Below are positions 46,621-62,760 of a stretch of 64,000 nucleotides of DNA, one piece after another. Below the pieces are notes generated by a model. It was not told the DNA's origin. It made no database searches and worked only from the letters and a program-made list of their open reading frames with translations. The translations under genes and the position numbers were made by a program. Origin of the DNA: Eledone cirrhosa. Taxonomy: Eukaryota. Each line of letters starts with the position of its first letter. The first letter of the stretch is position 1. The stretch lies in contig OZ024743.1 in NCBI GenBank assembly GCA_964016885.1, forward strand, positions 209,436,001 to 209,500,000, given 5' to 3'.

Positions 46621-48719
46621 TCTTCACTTCATAAGATATACCACAGTTTACCATCCTATAGCCACACATGAAAGCTCTTCACGCCATAAGATATACCTCA
46701 GTTTACCATCCTATAGCCACAGATGAAAGCTCTTCACTCCATAAGATATACCACAGTTAACCATCCTATAGCCACACATGAAAGCTCTTCACGCCATAAG
46801 ATATACCACAGTTTACCATCCTATAGCCACAGATGAAAGCTCTTCACTCCATAAGATAAACCACAGTTTACCATCCTATAGCCACACATGAGAGCTCTTC
46901 ACTCCATAAGATATACCACAGTTTACCATCCTGTGGCCACACATGAAAGCTCTTCACCCCATAAGATATACCACAGTTTACCATCCTATAGCCAGATGAA
47001 AGCTCTTCACTCCGTAAAATATACCACAGTGTACCATCCTGTAGCCACACATGAGAGCTCGTCACTCCATAAGATATACCACAGTTTACCATCCTATGGC
47101 CACACATGAAAGCTCTTCACTCCATAATATATTCCACAGTTTACCATCCTATAGCCTTACATGAGAGCTCTTCACTCCATAAGATATACCACTGTTTACC
47201 ATCCTATGGCCACACATGAAAGCTCTTCACTCCATAAGATATACCACAGTTTACCATCCTATAGCCAGATGAAAGCTCTTCACTCCATAAGATATGCCTC
47301 AGTTTACCATCCTATAGCCACGCCACGGATGAAAGCACTTCATTCCATAAGATATACCACAGTTTACAATCCTATAGCCACACATGAAAGCTCTTCACTC
47401 CATAAGATATACCAGAGTTTACCATCCTATAGCCACACATGAAAGCTCTTCACTCCATAAGATATACCACAGTTTACCATCCTATAGCCAGATGAATGCT
47501 CTTCACTCCATAAGATATACGACAGTTTACCATCCTATAGCCACACATGAAATCTCTTCACTCCATAAGATATACCTCAGTTTACCATCCTATAGCCACA
47601 GATGAAAGCTCTTCACTCCATAAGATATACCACAGTTTACCATCCTATAGCCACACATGAAAGCTCTTCACACCATAAGATATACCTCAGTTTACCATCC
47701 TATAGCCACAGATGAAAGCTCTGCACTCCATAAGATATACCACAGTTTACCATCCTATGGCCACACATGAAAGCTCTTCACTCCATAAGATATACCACAG
47801 TTTACAATCCTATGGCCACACATGAAAGCTCTTCACTCCATAAGATATACCACAGTTTACCATCCTATAGCCACACATGAAAGCTCTTCACTCCATAAGA
47901 TATACCACAGTTTACCATCCTATAGCCACGCCACGGATGAAAGCTCTTCACTCCATGAGATATACCACAGTTTACAATCCTATAGCCACAGATGAAAGCT
48001 CTTCACTCCATAAGATATACCACAGTTTACCATCCTATTGCCACACATGAAAGCTCTTCACTCCATAAGATATAGCACAGTTTACCATCCTATAGGCACA
48101 CATGAAAGCTCTTCACTCCATAAGATATAGCACAGTTTACCATCCTATAGCCAGATGAATGCTCGTCACTCCATAAGATATACGACAGTTTACAATCCTA
48201 TAGCCACACATGAAATCTCTTCACTTCATAAGATATACCACAGTTTACCATCCTATAGCCACACATGAAAGCTCTTCACGCCATAAGATATACCTCAGTT
48301 TACCATCCTATAGCCACAGATGAAAGCTCTTCACTCCATAAGATATACGACAGTTTACCATCCTATAGCCACACATGAGAGCTCTTCACTCCATAAGATA
48401 TACCACAGTTTCCCATCCTATAGCCAGATGAAAGCTCTTCACTCCATAAAATATACCACAGTTTACAATCCTATAGCCACACATGAAAGCTCTTCACTCC
48501 GTTAGATATACCACAGTTTACCATCCTATAGCCACACATGAGAGCTCTTCACTCCATAAGATATACCACAGTTTACCATCCTATAGCCACACATGACAGC
48601 TCTTCACTCCATAAGATATACCACAGTTTACCATGCTATGGCCACACATGAAAGCTCTTCACTCCATAAGTTATACCACTGTTTACCATCCTATAGCCAC
48701 ACATGAAAGCTCTTCACTC

Positions 48720-51700
48720 CATAAGATATACCAGAGTTTACCATCCTATATCCAGATGAAAGCTCTTCACTCCATAAGATATACCACAGTTTACCATCCT
48801 ATAGCCACGCCACGGATGAAAGCACTTCATTCCATAAGATATACCACAGTTTACAATCCTATAGCCACACATGAAAGCTCTTCACTCCATAAGATATACC
48901 ACAGTTTACTATCCTATAGCCACACATGAAAGCTCTTCACTCCATAAGATATACCACAGTTTACCATCCTATAGCCACGCCACGGATGAAAGCTCTTCAC
49001 TCCATGAGATATACCACAGTTTACCATCTTATAGCCACACATGAAAGCTCTTCACTCCATAAGATATAGCACAGTTTACCATCCTATAGCCAGATGAATG
49101 CTCTTCACTCCATAAGATATACGACAGTTTACCATCCTATAGCCACACATGAAATCTCTTCACTCCATAAGATATACCTCAGTTTATCATCCTATAGCCA
49201 CAGATGAAAGCTCTTCACTCCATAAGATATACCACAGTTTACCATCCTATAGCCACACATGAAAGCTCTTCACGCCATAAGATATACCTCAGTTTACCAT
49301 CCTATAGCCACAGATGAAAGCTCTTCACTCCATAAGATATACGACAGTTTACCATCCTATAGCCACACATGAAATCTCTTCACTCCATAAGATATACCAC
49401 AGTTTACCATTCTATAGCCACACATGAGAGCTCTTCACTCCATAAGATATACCACTGTTTACCATCCTATGGCCACACATGAAAGCTCTTCACTCCATAA
49501 GATATACCACAGTTTACAATCCTATGGCCACACATGAAAGCTCTTCACTCCATAAGATAAACCACAGTTTACCATCCTATAGCCACACATGAGAGCTCTT
49601 CACTCCATAAGATATACCACAGTTTACCATCCTGTGGCCACACATGAAAGCTCTTCACCCCATAAGATATACCACAGTTTACCATCCTATAGCCAGATGA
49701 AAGCTCTTCACTCCGTAAAATATACCACAGTGTACCATCCTGTAGCCACACATGAGAGCTCTTCACGCCATAAGATATACCACAGTTTACCATCCTATAG
49801 CCACACATGAAAGCTCTTCACGCCATAAGATATACCTCAGTTTACCATCCTATAGCCACAGATGAAAGCTCTTCACTCCATAAGATATACCACAGTTTAC
49901 CATCCTATAGCCACACATGAAAGCTCTTCACGCCATAAGATATACCACAGTTTACCATCCTATAGCCACAGATGAAAGCTCTTCACTCCATAAGATAAAC
50001 CACAGTTTACCATCCTATAGCCACACATGAGAGCTCTTCACTCCATAAGATATACCACAGTTTACCATCCTGTGGCCACACATGAAAGCTCTTCACCCCA
50101 TAAGATATACCACAGTTTACCATCCTATAGCCAGATGAAAGCTCTTCACTCCGTAAAATATACCACAGTGTACCATCCTGTAGCCACACATGAGAGCTCG
50201 TCACTCCATAAGATATACCACAGTTTACCATCCTATAGCCACAGATGAGAGCTCTTCACTCCATAAGATATACCACAGTTTACAATCCTATAGCCACACA
50301 TGAAAGCTCTTCACTCCATAAGATATACCAAAGTTTACCATCCTATAGCCACACATGAAAGCTCTTCACTCCATAAGATATACCACAGTTTACCATCCTA
50401 TAGCCACGCCACAGATGAAAGCTCTTCACTCCATAAGATATACCACAGTTTACAATCCTATAGCCACAGATGAAAGCTCTTCACTCCATAAGTTATACCA
50501 CAGTTTACCATCCTATTGCCACACATGAAAGCTCTTCACTCCATAAGATATAGCACAGTTTACCATCCTATAGGCACACATGAAAGCTCTTCACTCCATA
50601 AGATATAGCACAGTTTACCATCCTATAGCCAGATGAATGCTCTTCACTCCATAAGATATACGACAGTTTACCATCCTATAGCCACACATGAAATCTCTTC
50701 ACTCCATAAGATATACCTCAGTTTACCATCCTATAGCCACAGATGAAAGCTCTTCACACCATAAGATATACCTCAGTTTACCATCCTATAGCCACAGATG
50801 AAAGCTCTGCACTCCATAAGATATACCACAGTTTACCATCCTATTGCCACACATGAAAGCTCTTCACTCCATAAGATATAGCACAGTTTACCATCCTATA
50901 GCCACACATGAGAGCTCTTCACTCCATAAGATATACCACAGTTTACCATCCTATAGCCAGATGAAAGCTCTTCACTCCATAAAATATACCACAGTTTACC
51001 ATCCTATAGCCACACATGAAAGCTCTTCACTCCATAAGATATAACACAGTTTACCATCCTATAGCCACACATGAGAGCTCTTCACTCCATAAGATATACC
51101 ACAGTTTACCATCCTATAGCCACACATGAAAGCTCTTCACTCCATAAGATATACCACAGTTTACCATCCTATAGCCACACATGAAAGCTCTTCACTCCAT
51201 AAAATATACCACAGTTTACCATCCTATAGCCACACATGAGAGCTCTTCACCCCATAAGATATACCACAGTTTACCATCCTATAGCCAGATGAAAGCTCTT
51301 CACTCCGTAAAATATACCACATTTTACCATCCTGTAGCCACACATGAGAGCTCTTCACTCCATAAAATATACCACAGTTTACCATTCTATAGCCACACAT
51401 GAGAGTTCTTCACTCCATAAGATATACCACTGTTTACCATCCTATGGCCACACATGAAAGCTCTTCACTCCATAAGATATACCACAGTTTACAATCCTAT
51501 GGCCACACATGAAAGCTCTTCACTCCATAAGATATACCACAGTTTACCATCCTATAGCCACACATGAAAGCTCTTCACTCCATAAGATATACCACAGTTT
51601 ACCATCCTATAGCCACGCCACGGATGAAAGCTCTTCACTCCATGAGATATACCACAGTTTACAATCCTATAGCCACAGATGAAAGCTCTTCACTCCATAA

Positions 51701-54700
51701 GATATACCACAGTTTACCATCCTATTGCCACACATGAAAGCTCTTCACTCCATAAGATATAGCACAGTTTACCATCCTATAGGCACACATGAATGCTCTT
51801 CACTCCATAAGATATAGCACAGTTTACCATCCTATAGCCAGATGAATGCTCTTCACTCCATAAGATATACGACAGTTTACAATCCTATAGCCACACATGA
51901 AATCTCTTCACTTCATAAGATATACCACAGTTTACCATCCTATAGCCACACATGAAAGCTCTTCACGCCATAAGATATACCTCAGTTTACCATCCTATAG
52001 CCACAGATGAAAGCTCTTCACTCCATAAGATATACGACAGTTTACCATCCTATAGCCACACATGAGAGCTCTTCACTCCATAAGATATACCACAGTTTCC
52101 CATCCTATAGCCAGATGAAAGCTCTTCACTCCATAAAATATACCACAGTTTACAATCCTATAGCCACACATGAAAGCTCTTCACTCCGTTAGATATACCA
52201 CAGTTTACCATCCTATAGCCACACATGAGAGCTCTTCACTCCATAAGATATACCACAGTTTACCATCCTATAGCCACACATGACAGCTCTTCACTCCATA
52301 AGATATACCACAGTTTACCATGCTATGGCCACACATGAAAGCTCTTCACTCCATAAGATATACCACTGTTTACCATCCTATAGCCACACATGAAAGCTCT
52401 TCACTCCATAAGATATACCACAGTTTACCATCCTGTAGCCAGATGAAAGCTCTTCACTCCATAAGATATACCACAGTTTACCATCCTATAGCCACGCCAC
52501 GGATGAAAGCACTTCATTCCATAAGATATACCACAGTTTACAATCCTATAGCCACACATGAAAGCTCTTCACTCCATAAGATATACCACAGTTTACTATC
52601 CTATAGCCACACATGAAAGCTCTTCACTCCATAAGATATACCACAGTTTACCATCCTATAGCCACGCCACGGATGAAAGTTCTTCACTCCATGAGATATA
52701 CCACAGTTTACCATCTTATAGCCACACATGAAAGCTCTTCACTCCATAAGATATAGCACAGTTTACCATCGTATAGGCACACATGAAAGCTCTTCACTCC
52801 ATAAGATATAGCACAGTTTACCATCCTATAGCCAGATGAATGCTCTTCACTCCATAAGATATACGACAGTTTACCATCCTATAGCCACACATGAAATCTC
52901 TTCACTCCATAAGATATACCTCAGTTTATCATCCTATAGCCACAGATGAAAGCTCTTCACTCCATAAGATATACCACAGTTTACCATCCTATAGCCACAC
53001 ATGAAAGCTCTTCACGCCATAAGATATACCTCAGTTTACCATCCTATAGCCACAGATGAAAGCTCTTCACTCCATAAGATATACCACAGTTTACCATCCT
53101 ATAGCCACACATGAGAGCTCTTCACACCATAAGATATACCACAGTTTACCATCCTATAGCCAGATGAAAGCTCTTCACTCCATAAAATATACCACAGTTT
53201 ACCATCCTATAGCCACACATGAAAGCTCTTCACTCCATAAGATATACCACAGTTTACCATCCTATAGCCACACATGAGAGCTCTTCACTCCATAAGATAT
53301 ACCACAGTTTACCATCCTATAGCCACACATGAAAGCTCTTCACTCCATAAGATATACCACAGTTTACCATCCTATAGCCATACATGAAAGCTCTTCACTC
53401 CATAAGATATACCACTGTTTACCATCCTATAGCCACACATGAGAGCTCTTCACTCCATAAAATATACCACAGTTTACCATCCTATAGCCACACATGAGAG
53501 CTCTTCACTCCATAAGATATACCACAGTTTACCATCATATAGCCACACATGAGAGCTCTTCACTCCATAAGATATACCACAGTTTACCATCCTATAGCCA
53601 CACATGAGAGCTCTTCACTCCATAAGATATACCACAGTTTACCATGCTATGGCCACACATGAAAGCTCTTCACTCCATAAGATATACCACTGTTTACCAT
53701 CCTATGGCCACACATGAAAGCTCTTCACTCCATAAGATATACCACAGTTTACAATCCTATGGCCACACATGAAAGCTCTTCACTCCATAATATATTTCAC
53801 AGTTTACCATCCTATAGCCACACATAAGAGCTCTTCACTCCATAAGATATACCACTGTTTACCATCCTATGGCCACACATGAAAGCTCTTCACTCCATAA
53901 GATATACCACTGTTTACCATCCTATGGCCACACATGAAAGCTTTTCACTCCATAAGATATACCACAGTTTACCATCCTATAGCCACACATGAAAGCTCTT
54001 CACTCCATAAGATATACCACTGTTTACCATCCTATGGCCACACATGAAAGCTCTTCACTCCATAAGATATACCACAGTTTACCATCCTATAGCCAGATGA
54101 AAGCTCTTCACTCCATAAAATATACCACAGTTTACCATCCTATAGCCACAGATGAAAGCTCTTCACTCCATAAGATATACCACTGTTTACCATCCTATGG
54201 CCACACATGAAAGCTTTTCACTCCATAAGATATACCACAGTTTACCATCCTATAGCCACACATGAAAGCTCTTCACTCCATAAGATATACCACTGTTTAC
54301 CATCCTATGGCCACACATGAAAGCTCTTCACTCCATAAGATATACCACAGATTACCATCCTATAGCCAGATGAAAGCTCTTCACTCCATAAGATATACCA
54401 CAGTTTACCACCCTATGGCCACAGATGAAAGCTCTTCACTCCATGAGATATACCACAGTTTACCATCCTATAGCCACGCCACGGATGAAAGCTCTTCACT
54501 CCATAAGATATACCACAGTTTACAATCCTATAGCCACAGATGAAAGCTCTTCACTCAATAAGATATACCACAGTTTACCATCCTATGGCCACAGATGAAA
54601 GCTCTTCACTCCATAAGATATACCACAGTTTACCATCCTATGGCCAGAGATGAAAGCTCTTCACTCCATAAGATATACCACAGTTTACCACCCTATGGCC

Positions 54701-57700
54701 ACAGATGAGAGCTCTTCACTCCATAAGATATACCACAGTTTACCATCTTATAGCCACGCCACGGATGAAAGCTCTTCACTCCATAAGATATACCACAGTT
54801 TACCATCCTATAGTCACACATGAAAGCTCTTCACTCCATAAGATATAACACAATTTACCATCCTATAGTCAGATGAAAGTTCTTCACTCCATAAGATATA
54901 CCACAGTTTACTATCCTATAGCCACAGATGAAAGCTCTTCACTCCATAAGATATACCACAGTTTACCATCCTATAGCCACAGATGAAAGCTCTTCACTCC
55001 ATAAGATATACCACAGTTTACCATCCTATAGCCACAGATGAAAGCTGTTCTCTCCATAAGATATACCACAGTTTACCATCCTATAGCCACACATGAAAGC
55101 TCTTCACTCCATAAGATATACCACAGTTTACCATCCTATAGCCACACATGAAAGCTGTTCACTCCATAAGATATACGACAGTTTACCATCCTATTGCCAC
55201 AGATGAAAGCTGTTCACTCCATAAGATATACCACAGTTTACCATCCTATAGCCAGATGAAAGCTCTTCACTCCATAAGATATACCACAGCTTACCATCCT
55301 ATAGCCACAGATGAAAGCTCTTCACTCCATAAGATATAGCACAGTTTACCATCCTATAGCCAGATGAATGCTCTTCACTCCATAAGATATACGACAGTTT
55401 ACCATCCTATAGCCACACATGAAATCTCTTCACTCCATAAGATATACCTCAGTTTATCATCCTATAGCCACAGATGAAAGCTCTTCACTCCATAAGATAT
55501 ACCACAGTTTACCATCCTATAGCCACACATGAAAGCTCTTCACGCCATAAGATATACCTCAGTTTACCATCCTATAGCCACAGATGAAAGCTCTTCACTC
55601 CATAAGATATACCACAGTTTACCATCCTATAGCCACACATGAGAGCTCTTCACACAATAAGATATACCACAGTTTACCATCCTATAGCCAGATGAAAGCT
55701 CTTCACTCCATAAAATATACCACAGTTTACCATCCTATAGCCACACATGAAAGCTCTTCACTCCATAAGATATACCACAGTTTACCATCCTATAGCCACA
55801 CATGAGAGCTCTTCACTCCATAAGATATACCACAGTTTACCATCCTATAGCCACACATGAAAGCTCTTCACTCCATAAGATATACCACAGTTTACCATCC
55901 TATAGCCACACATGAAAGCTCTTCACTCCATAAAATATACCACAGTTTACCATCCTATAGCCATACATGAAAGCTCTTCACTCCATAAGATATACCACTG
56001 TTTACCATCCTATAGCCACACATGAGAGCTCTTCACTCCATAAAATATACCACAGTTTACCATCCTATAGCCACACATGAGAGCTCTTCACTCCATAAGA
56101 TATACCAGAGTTTACCATCCTATATCCAGATGAAAGCTCTTCACTCCATAAGATATACCACAGTTTACCATCCTATAGCCACACATGAAAGCTCTTCACT
56201 CCATAAGTTATACCACAGTTTACTATCCTATAGCCACACATGAAAGCTCTTCACTCCATAAGATATACCACAGTTTACCATCCTATAGCCACGCCACGGA
56301 TGAAAGCTCTTCACTCCATGAGATATACCACAGTTTACCATCTTATAGCCACACATGAAAGCTCTTCACTCCATAAGATATAGCACAGTTTACCATCCTA
56401 TAGCCAGATGAATGCTCTTCACTCCATAAGATATACGACAGTTTACCATCCTATAGCCACACATGAAATCTCTTCACTCCATAAGATATACCTCAGTTTA
56501 TCATCCTATAGCCACAGATGAAAGCTCTTCACTCCATAAGATATACCACAGTTTACCATCCTATAGCCACACATGAAAGCTCTTCACGCCATAAGATATA
56601 CCTCAGTTTACCATCCTATAGCCACAGATGAAAGCTCTTCACTCCATAAGATATACGACAGTTTACCATCCTATAGCCACACATGAAATCTCTTCACTCC
56701 ATAAGATATACCACAGTTTACCATTCTATAGCCACACATGAGAGCTCTTCACTCCATAAGATATACCACTGTTTACCATCCTATGGCCACACATGAAAGC
56801 TCTTCACTCCATAAGATATACCACAGTTTACAATCCTATGGCCACACATGAAAGCTCTTCACTCCATAAGATAAACCACAGTTTACCATCCTATAGCCAC
56901 ACATGAGAGCTCTTCACTCCATAAGATATACCACAGTTTACCATCCTGTGGCCACACATGAAAGCTCTTCACCCCATAAGATATACCACAGTTTACCATC
57001 CTATAGCCAGATGAAAGCTCTTCACTCCGTAAAATATACCACAGTGTACCATCCTGTAGCCACACATGAGAGCTCTTCACGCCATAAGATATACCACAGT
57101 TTACCATCCTATAGCCACACATGAAAGCTCTTCACGCCATAAGATATACCTCAGTTTACCATCCTATAGCCACAGATGAAAGCTCTTCACTCCATAAGAT
57201 ATACCACAGTTTACCATCCTATAGCCACACATGAAAGCTCTTCACGCCATAAGATATACCACAGTTTACCATCCTATAGCCACAGATGAAAGCTCTTCAC
57301 TCCATAAGATAAACCACAGTTTACCATCCTATAGCCACACATGAGAGCTCTTCACTCCATAAGATATACCACAGTTTACCATCCTGTGGCCACACATGAA
57401 AGCTCTTCACCCCATAAGATATACCACAGTTTACCATCCTATAGCCAGATGAAAGCTCTTCACTCCGTAAAATATACCACAGTGTACCATCCTGTAGCCA
57501 CACATGAGAGCTCGTCACTCCATAAGATATACCACAGTTTACCATCCTATAGCCACAGATGAGAGCTCTTCACTCCATAAGATATACCACAGTTTACAAT
57601 CCTATAGCCACACATGAAAGCTCTTCACTCCATAAGATATACCAAAGTTTACCATCCTATAGCCACACATGAAAGCTCTTCACTCCATAAGATATACCAC

Positions 57701-60700
57701 AGTTTACCATCCTATAGCCACGCCACAGATGAAAGCTCTTCACTCCATAAGATATACCACAGTTTACAATCCTATAGCCACAGATGAAAGCTCTTCACTC
57801 CATAAGATATACCACAGTTTACCATCCTATTGCCACACATGAAAGCTCTTCACTCCATAAGATATAGCACAGTTTACCATCCTATAGGCACACATGAAAG
57901 CTCTTCACTCCATAAGATATAGCACAGTTTACCATCCTATAGCCAGATGAATGCTCTTCACTCCATAAGATATACGACAGTTTACCATCCTATAGCCACA
58001 CATGAAATCTCTTCACTCCATAAGATATACCTCAGTTTACCATCCTATAGCCACAGATGAAAGCTCTTCACACCATAAGATATACCTCAGTTTACCATCC
58101 TATAGCCACAGATGAAAGCTCTGCACTCCATAAGATATACCACAGTTTACCATCCTATTGCCACACATGAAAGCTCTTCACTCCATAAGATATAGCACAG
58201 TTTACCATCCTATAGCCACACATGAGAGCTCTTCACTCCATAAGATATACCACAGTTTACCATCCTATAGCCAGATGAAAGCTCTTCACTCCATAAAATA
58301 TACCACAGTTTACCATCCTATAGCCACACATGAAAGCTCTTCACTCCATAAGATATAACACAGTTTACCATCCTATAGCCACACATGAGAGCTCTTCACT
58401 CCATAAGATATACCACAGTTTACCATCCTATAGCCACACATGAAAGCTCTTCACTCCATAAGATATACCACAGTTTACCATCCTATAGCCACACATGAAA
58501 GCTCTTCACTCCATAAAATATACCACAGTTTACCATCCTATAGCCACACATGAGAGCTCTTCACCCCATAAGATATACCACAGTTTACCATCCTATAGCC
58601 AGATGAAAGCTCTTCACTCCGTAAAATATACCACATTTTACCATCCTGTAGCCACACATGAGAGCTCTTCACTCCATAAAATATACCACAGTTTACCATT
58701 CTATAGCCACACATGAGAGTTCTTCACTCCATAAGATATACCACTGTTTACCATCCTATGGCCACACATGAAAGCTCTTCACTCCATAAGATATACCACA
58801 GTTTACAATCCTATGGCCACACATGAAAGCTCTTCACTCCATAAGATATACCACAGTTTACCATCCTATAGCCACACATGAAAGCTCTTCACTCCATAAG
58901 ATATACCACAGTTTACCATCCTATAGCCACGCCACGGATGAAAGCTCTTCACTCCATGAGATATACCACAGTTTACAATCCTATAGCCACAGATGAAAGC
59001 TCTTCACTCCATAAGATATACCACAGTTTACCATCCTATTGCCACACATGAAAGCTCTTCACTCCATAAGATATAGCACAGTTTACCATCCTATAGGCAC
59101 ACATGAAAGCTCTTCACTCCATAAGATATAGCACAGTTTACCATCCTATAGCCAGATGAATGCTCTTCACTCCATAAGATATACGACAGTTTACAATCCT
59201 ATAGCCACACATGAAATCTCTTCACTTCATAAGATATACCACAGTTTACCATCCTATAGCCACACATGAAAGCTCTTCACGCCATAAGATATACCTCAGT
59301 TTACCATCCTATAGCCACAGATGAAAGCTCTTCACTCCATAAGATATACGACAGTTTACCATCCTATAGCCACACATGAGAGCTCTTCACTCCATAAGAT
59401 ATACCACAGTTTCCCATCCTATAGCCAGATGAAAGCTCTTCACTCCATAAAATATACCACAGTTTACAATCCTATAGCCACACATGAAAGCTCTTCACTC
59501 CGTTAGATATACCACAGTTTACCATCCTATAGCCACACATGAGAGCTCTTCACTCCATAAGATATACCACAGTTTACCATCCTATAGCCACACATGACAG
59601 CTCTTCAATCCATAAGATATACCACAGTTTACCATGCTATGGCCACACATGAAAGCTCTTCACTCCATAAGATATACCACTGTTTACCATCCTATAGCCA
59701 CACATGAAAGCTCTTCACTCCATAAGATATACCACAGTTTACCATCCTGTAGCCAGATGAAAGCTCTTCACTCCATAAGATATACCACAGTTTACCATCC
59801 TATAGCCACGCCACGGATGAAAGCACTTCATTCCATAAGATATACCACAGTTTACAATCCTATAGCCACACATGAAAGCTCTTCACTCCATAAGATATAC
59901 CACAGTTTACTATCCTATAGCCACACATGAAAGCTCTTCACTCCATAAGATATACCACAGTTTACCATCCTATAGCCACGCCACGGATGAAAGTTCTTCA
60001 CTCCATGAGATATACCACAGTTTACCATCTTATAGCCACACATGAAAGCTCTTCACTCCATAAGATATACCACAGTTTACCATCCTATTGCCACACATGA
60101 AATCTCTTCACTCCATAAGATATAGCACAGTTTACCATCGTATAGGCACACATGAAAGCTCTTCACTCCATAAGATATAGCACAGTTTACCATCCTATAG
60201 CCAGATGAATGCTCTTCACTCCATAAGATATACGACAGTTTACCATCCTATAGCCACACATGAAATCTCTTCACTCCATAAGATATACCTCAGTTTATCA
60301 TCCTATAGCCACAGATGAAAGCTCTTCACTCCATAAGATATACCACAGTTTACCATCCTATAGCCACACATGAAAGCTCTTCACGCCATAAGATATACCT
60401 CAGTTTACCATCCTATAGCCACAGATGAAAGCTCTTCACTCCATAAGATATACCACAGTTTACCATCCTATAGCCACACATGAGAGCTCTTCACACCATA
60501 AGATATACCACAGTTTACCATCCTATAGCCAGATGAAAGCTCTTCACTCCATAAGATATACCACAGTTTACAATCCTATGGCCACACATGAAAGCTCTTC
60601 ACTCCATAATATATTTCACAGTTTACCATCCTATAGCCACACATAAGAGCTCTTCACTCCATAAGATATACCACTGTTTACCATCCTATGGCCACACATG

Positions 60701-62760
60701 AAAGCTCTTCACTCCATAAGATATACCACTGTTTACCATCCTATGGCCACACATGAAAGCTTTTCACTCCATAAGATATACCACAGTTTACCATCCTATA
60801 GCCACACATGAAAGCTCTTCACTCCATAAGATATACCACTGTTTACCATCCTATGGCCACACATGAAAGCTCTTCACTCCATAAGATATACCACAGTTTA
60901 CCATCCTATAGCCAGATGAAAGCTCTTCACTCCATAAAATATACCACAGTTTACCATCCTATAGCCACAGATGAAAGCTCTTCACTCCATAAGATATACC
61001 ACTGTTTACCATCCTATGGCCACACATGAAAGCTTTTCACTCCATAAGATATACCACAGTTTACCATCCTATAGCCACACATGAAAGCTCTTCACTCCAT
61101 AAGATATACCACTGTTTACCATCCTATGGCCACACATGAAAGCTCTTCACTCCATAAGATATACCACAGTTTACCATCCTATAGCCAGATGAAAGCTCTT
61201 CACTCCATAAGATATACCACAGTTTACCACCCTATGGCCACAGATGAAAGCTCTTCACTCCATGAGATATACCACAGTTTACCATCCTATAGCCACGCCA
61301 CGGATGAAAGCTCTTCACTCCATAAGATATACCACAGTTTACAATCCTATAGCCACAGATGAAAGCTCTTCACTCAATAAGATATACCACAGTTTACCAT
61401 CCTATGGCCACAGATGAAAGCTCTTCACTCCATAAGATATACCACAGTTTACCATCCTATGGCCAGAGATGAAAGCTCTTCACTCCATAAGATATACCAC
61501 AGTTTACCACCCTATGGCCACAGATGAGAGCTCTTCACTCCATAAGATATACCACAGTTTACCATCTTATAGCCACGCCACGGATGAAAGCTCTTCACTC
61601 CATAAGATATACCACAGTTTACCATCCTATAGTCACACATGAAAGCTCTTCACTCCATAAGATATAACACAATTTACCATTCTATAGTCAGATGAAAGTT
61701 CTTCACTCCATAAGATATACCACAGTTTACTATCCTATAGCCACAGATGAAAGCTCTTCACTCCATAAGATATACCACAGTTTACCATCCTATAGCCACA
61801 GATGAAAGCTCTTCACTCCATAAGATATACCACAGTTTACCATCCTATAGCCACAGATGAAAGCTGTTCTCTCCATAAGATATACCACAGTTTACCATCC
61901 TATAGCCACACATGAAAGCTCTTCACTCCATAAGATATACCACAGTTTACCATCCTATAGCCACACATGAAAGCTGTTCACTCCATAAGATATACGACAG
62001 TTTACCATCCTATAGCCACAGATGAAAGCTGTTCACTCCATAAGATATACCACAGTTTACCATCCTATAGCCAGATGAAAGCTCTTCACTCCATAAGATA
62101 TACCACAGCTTACCATCCTATAACCACAGATGAAAGCTCTTCACTCCATAAGATATAGCACAGTTTACCATCCTATAGCCAGATGAATGCTCTTCACTCC
62201 ATAAGATATACGACAGTTTACCATCCTATAGCCACACATGAAATCTCTTCACTCCATAAGATATACCTCAGTTTATCATCCTATAGCCACAGATGAAAGC
62301 TCTTCACTCCATAAGATATACCACAGTTTACCATCCTATAGCCACACATGAAAGCTCTTCACGCCATAAGATATACCTCAGTTTACCATCCTATAGCCAC
62401 AGATGAAAGCTCTTCACTCCATAAGATATACCACAGTTTACCATCCTATAGCCACACATGAGAGCTCTTCACACCATAAGATATACCACAGTTTACCATC
62501 CTATAGCCAGATGAAAGCTCTTCACTCCATAAAATATACCACAGTTTACCATCCTATAGCCACACATGAAAGCTCTTCACTCCATAAGATATACCACAGT
62601 TTACCATCCTATAGCCACACATGAGAGCTCTTCACTCCATAAGATATACCACAGTTTACCATCCTATAGCCACACATGAAAGCTCTTCACTCCATAAGAT
62701 ATACCACAGTTTACCATCCTATAGCCACACATGAAAGCTCTTCACTCCATAAAATATACC
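48720..62760 (+). repeat. About 7.3 kb tandem duplication (about 48720-55960 and 56095-62760) with internal whole-monomer indels
   Basis: Offsets: +7374 at the start (ccagagtttaccatcctatatccag, 48731->56105); +7314 for 49569/50007/50844/51181/52007/52320 -> 56883/57321/58158/58495/59321/59634; +7369 for 53056->60425; +6819 for 53989/54262/55148/55584 -> 60808/61081/61967/62403. Confidence 0.92.

Noticed and set aside
2919-57545. Minus-strand ORFs (MVNCGISYGVKSSHVWLQDG...)
   Set aside because: They occur only where tgtag/tgtgg and ccgtaaaa variants remove antisense stop codons. They mark the recurrent variant cassette, not genes.
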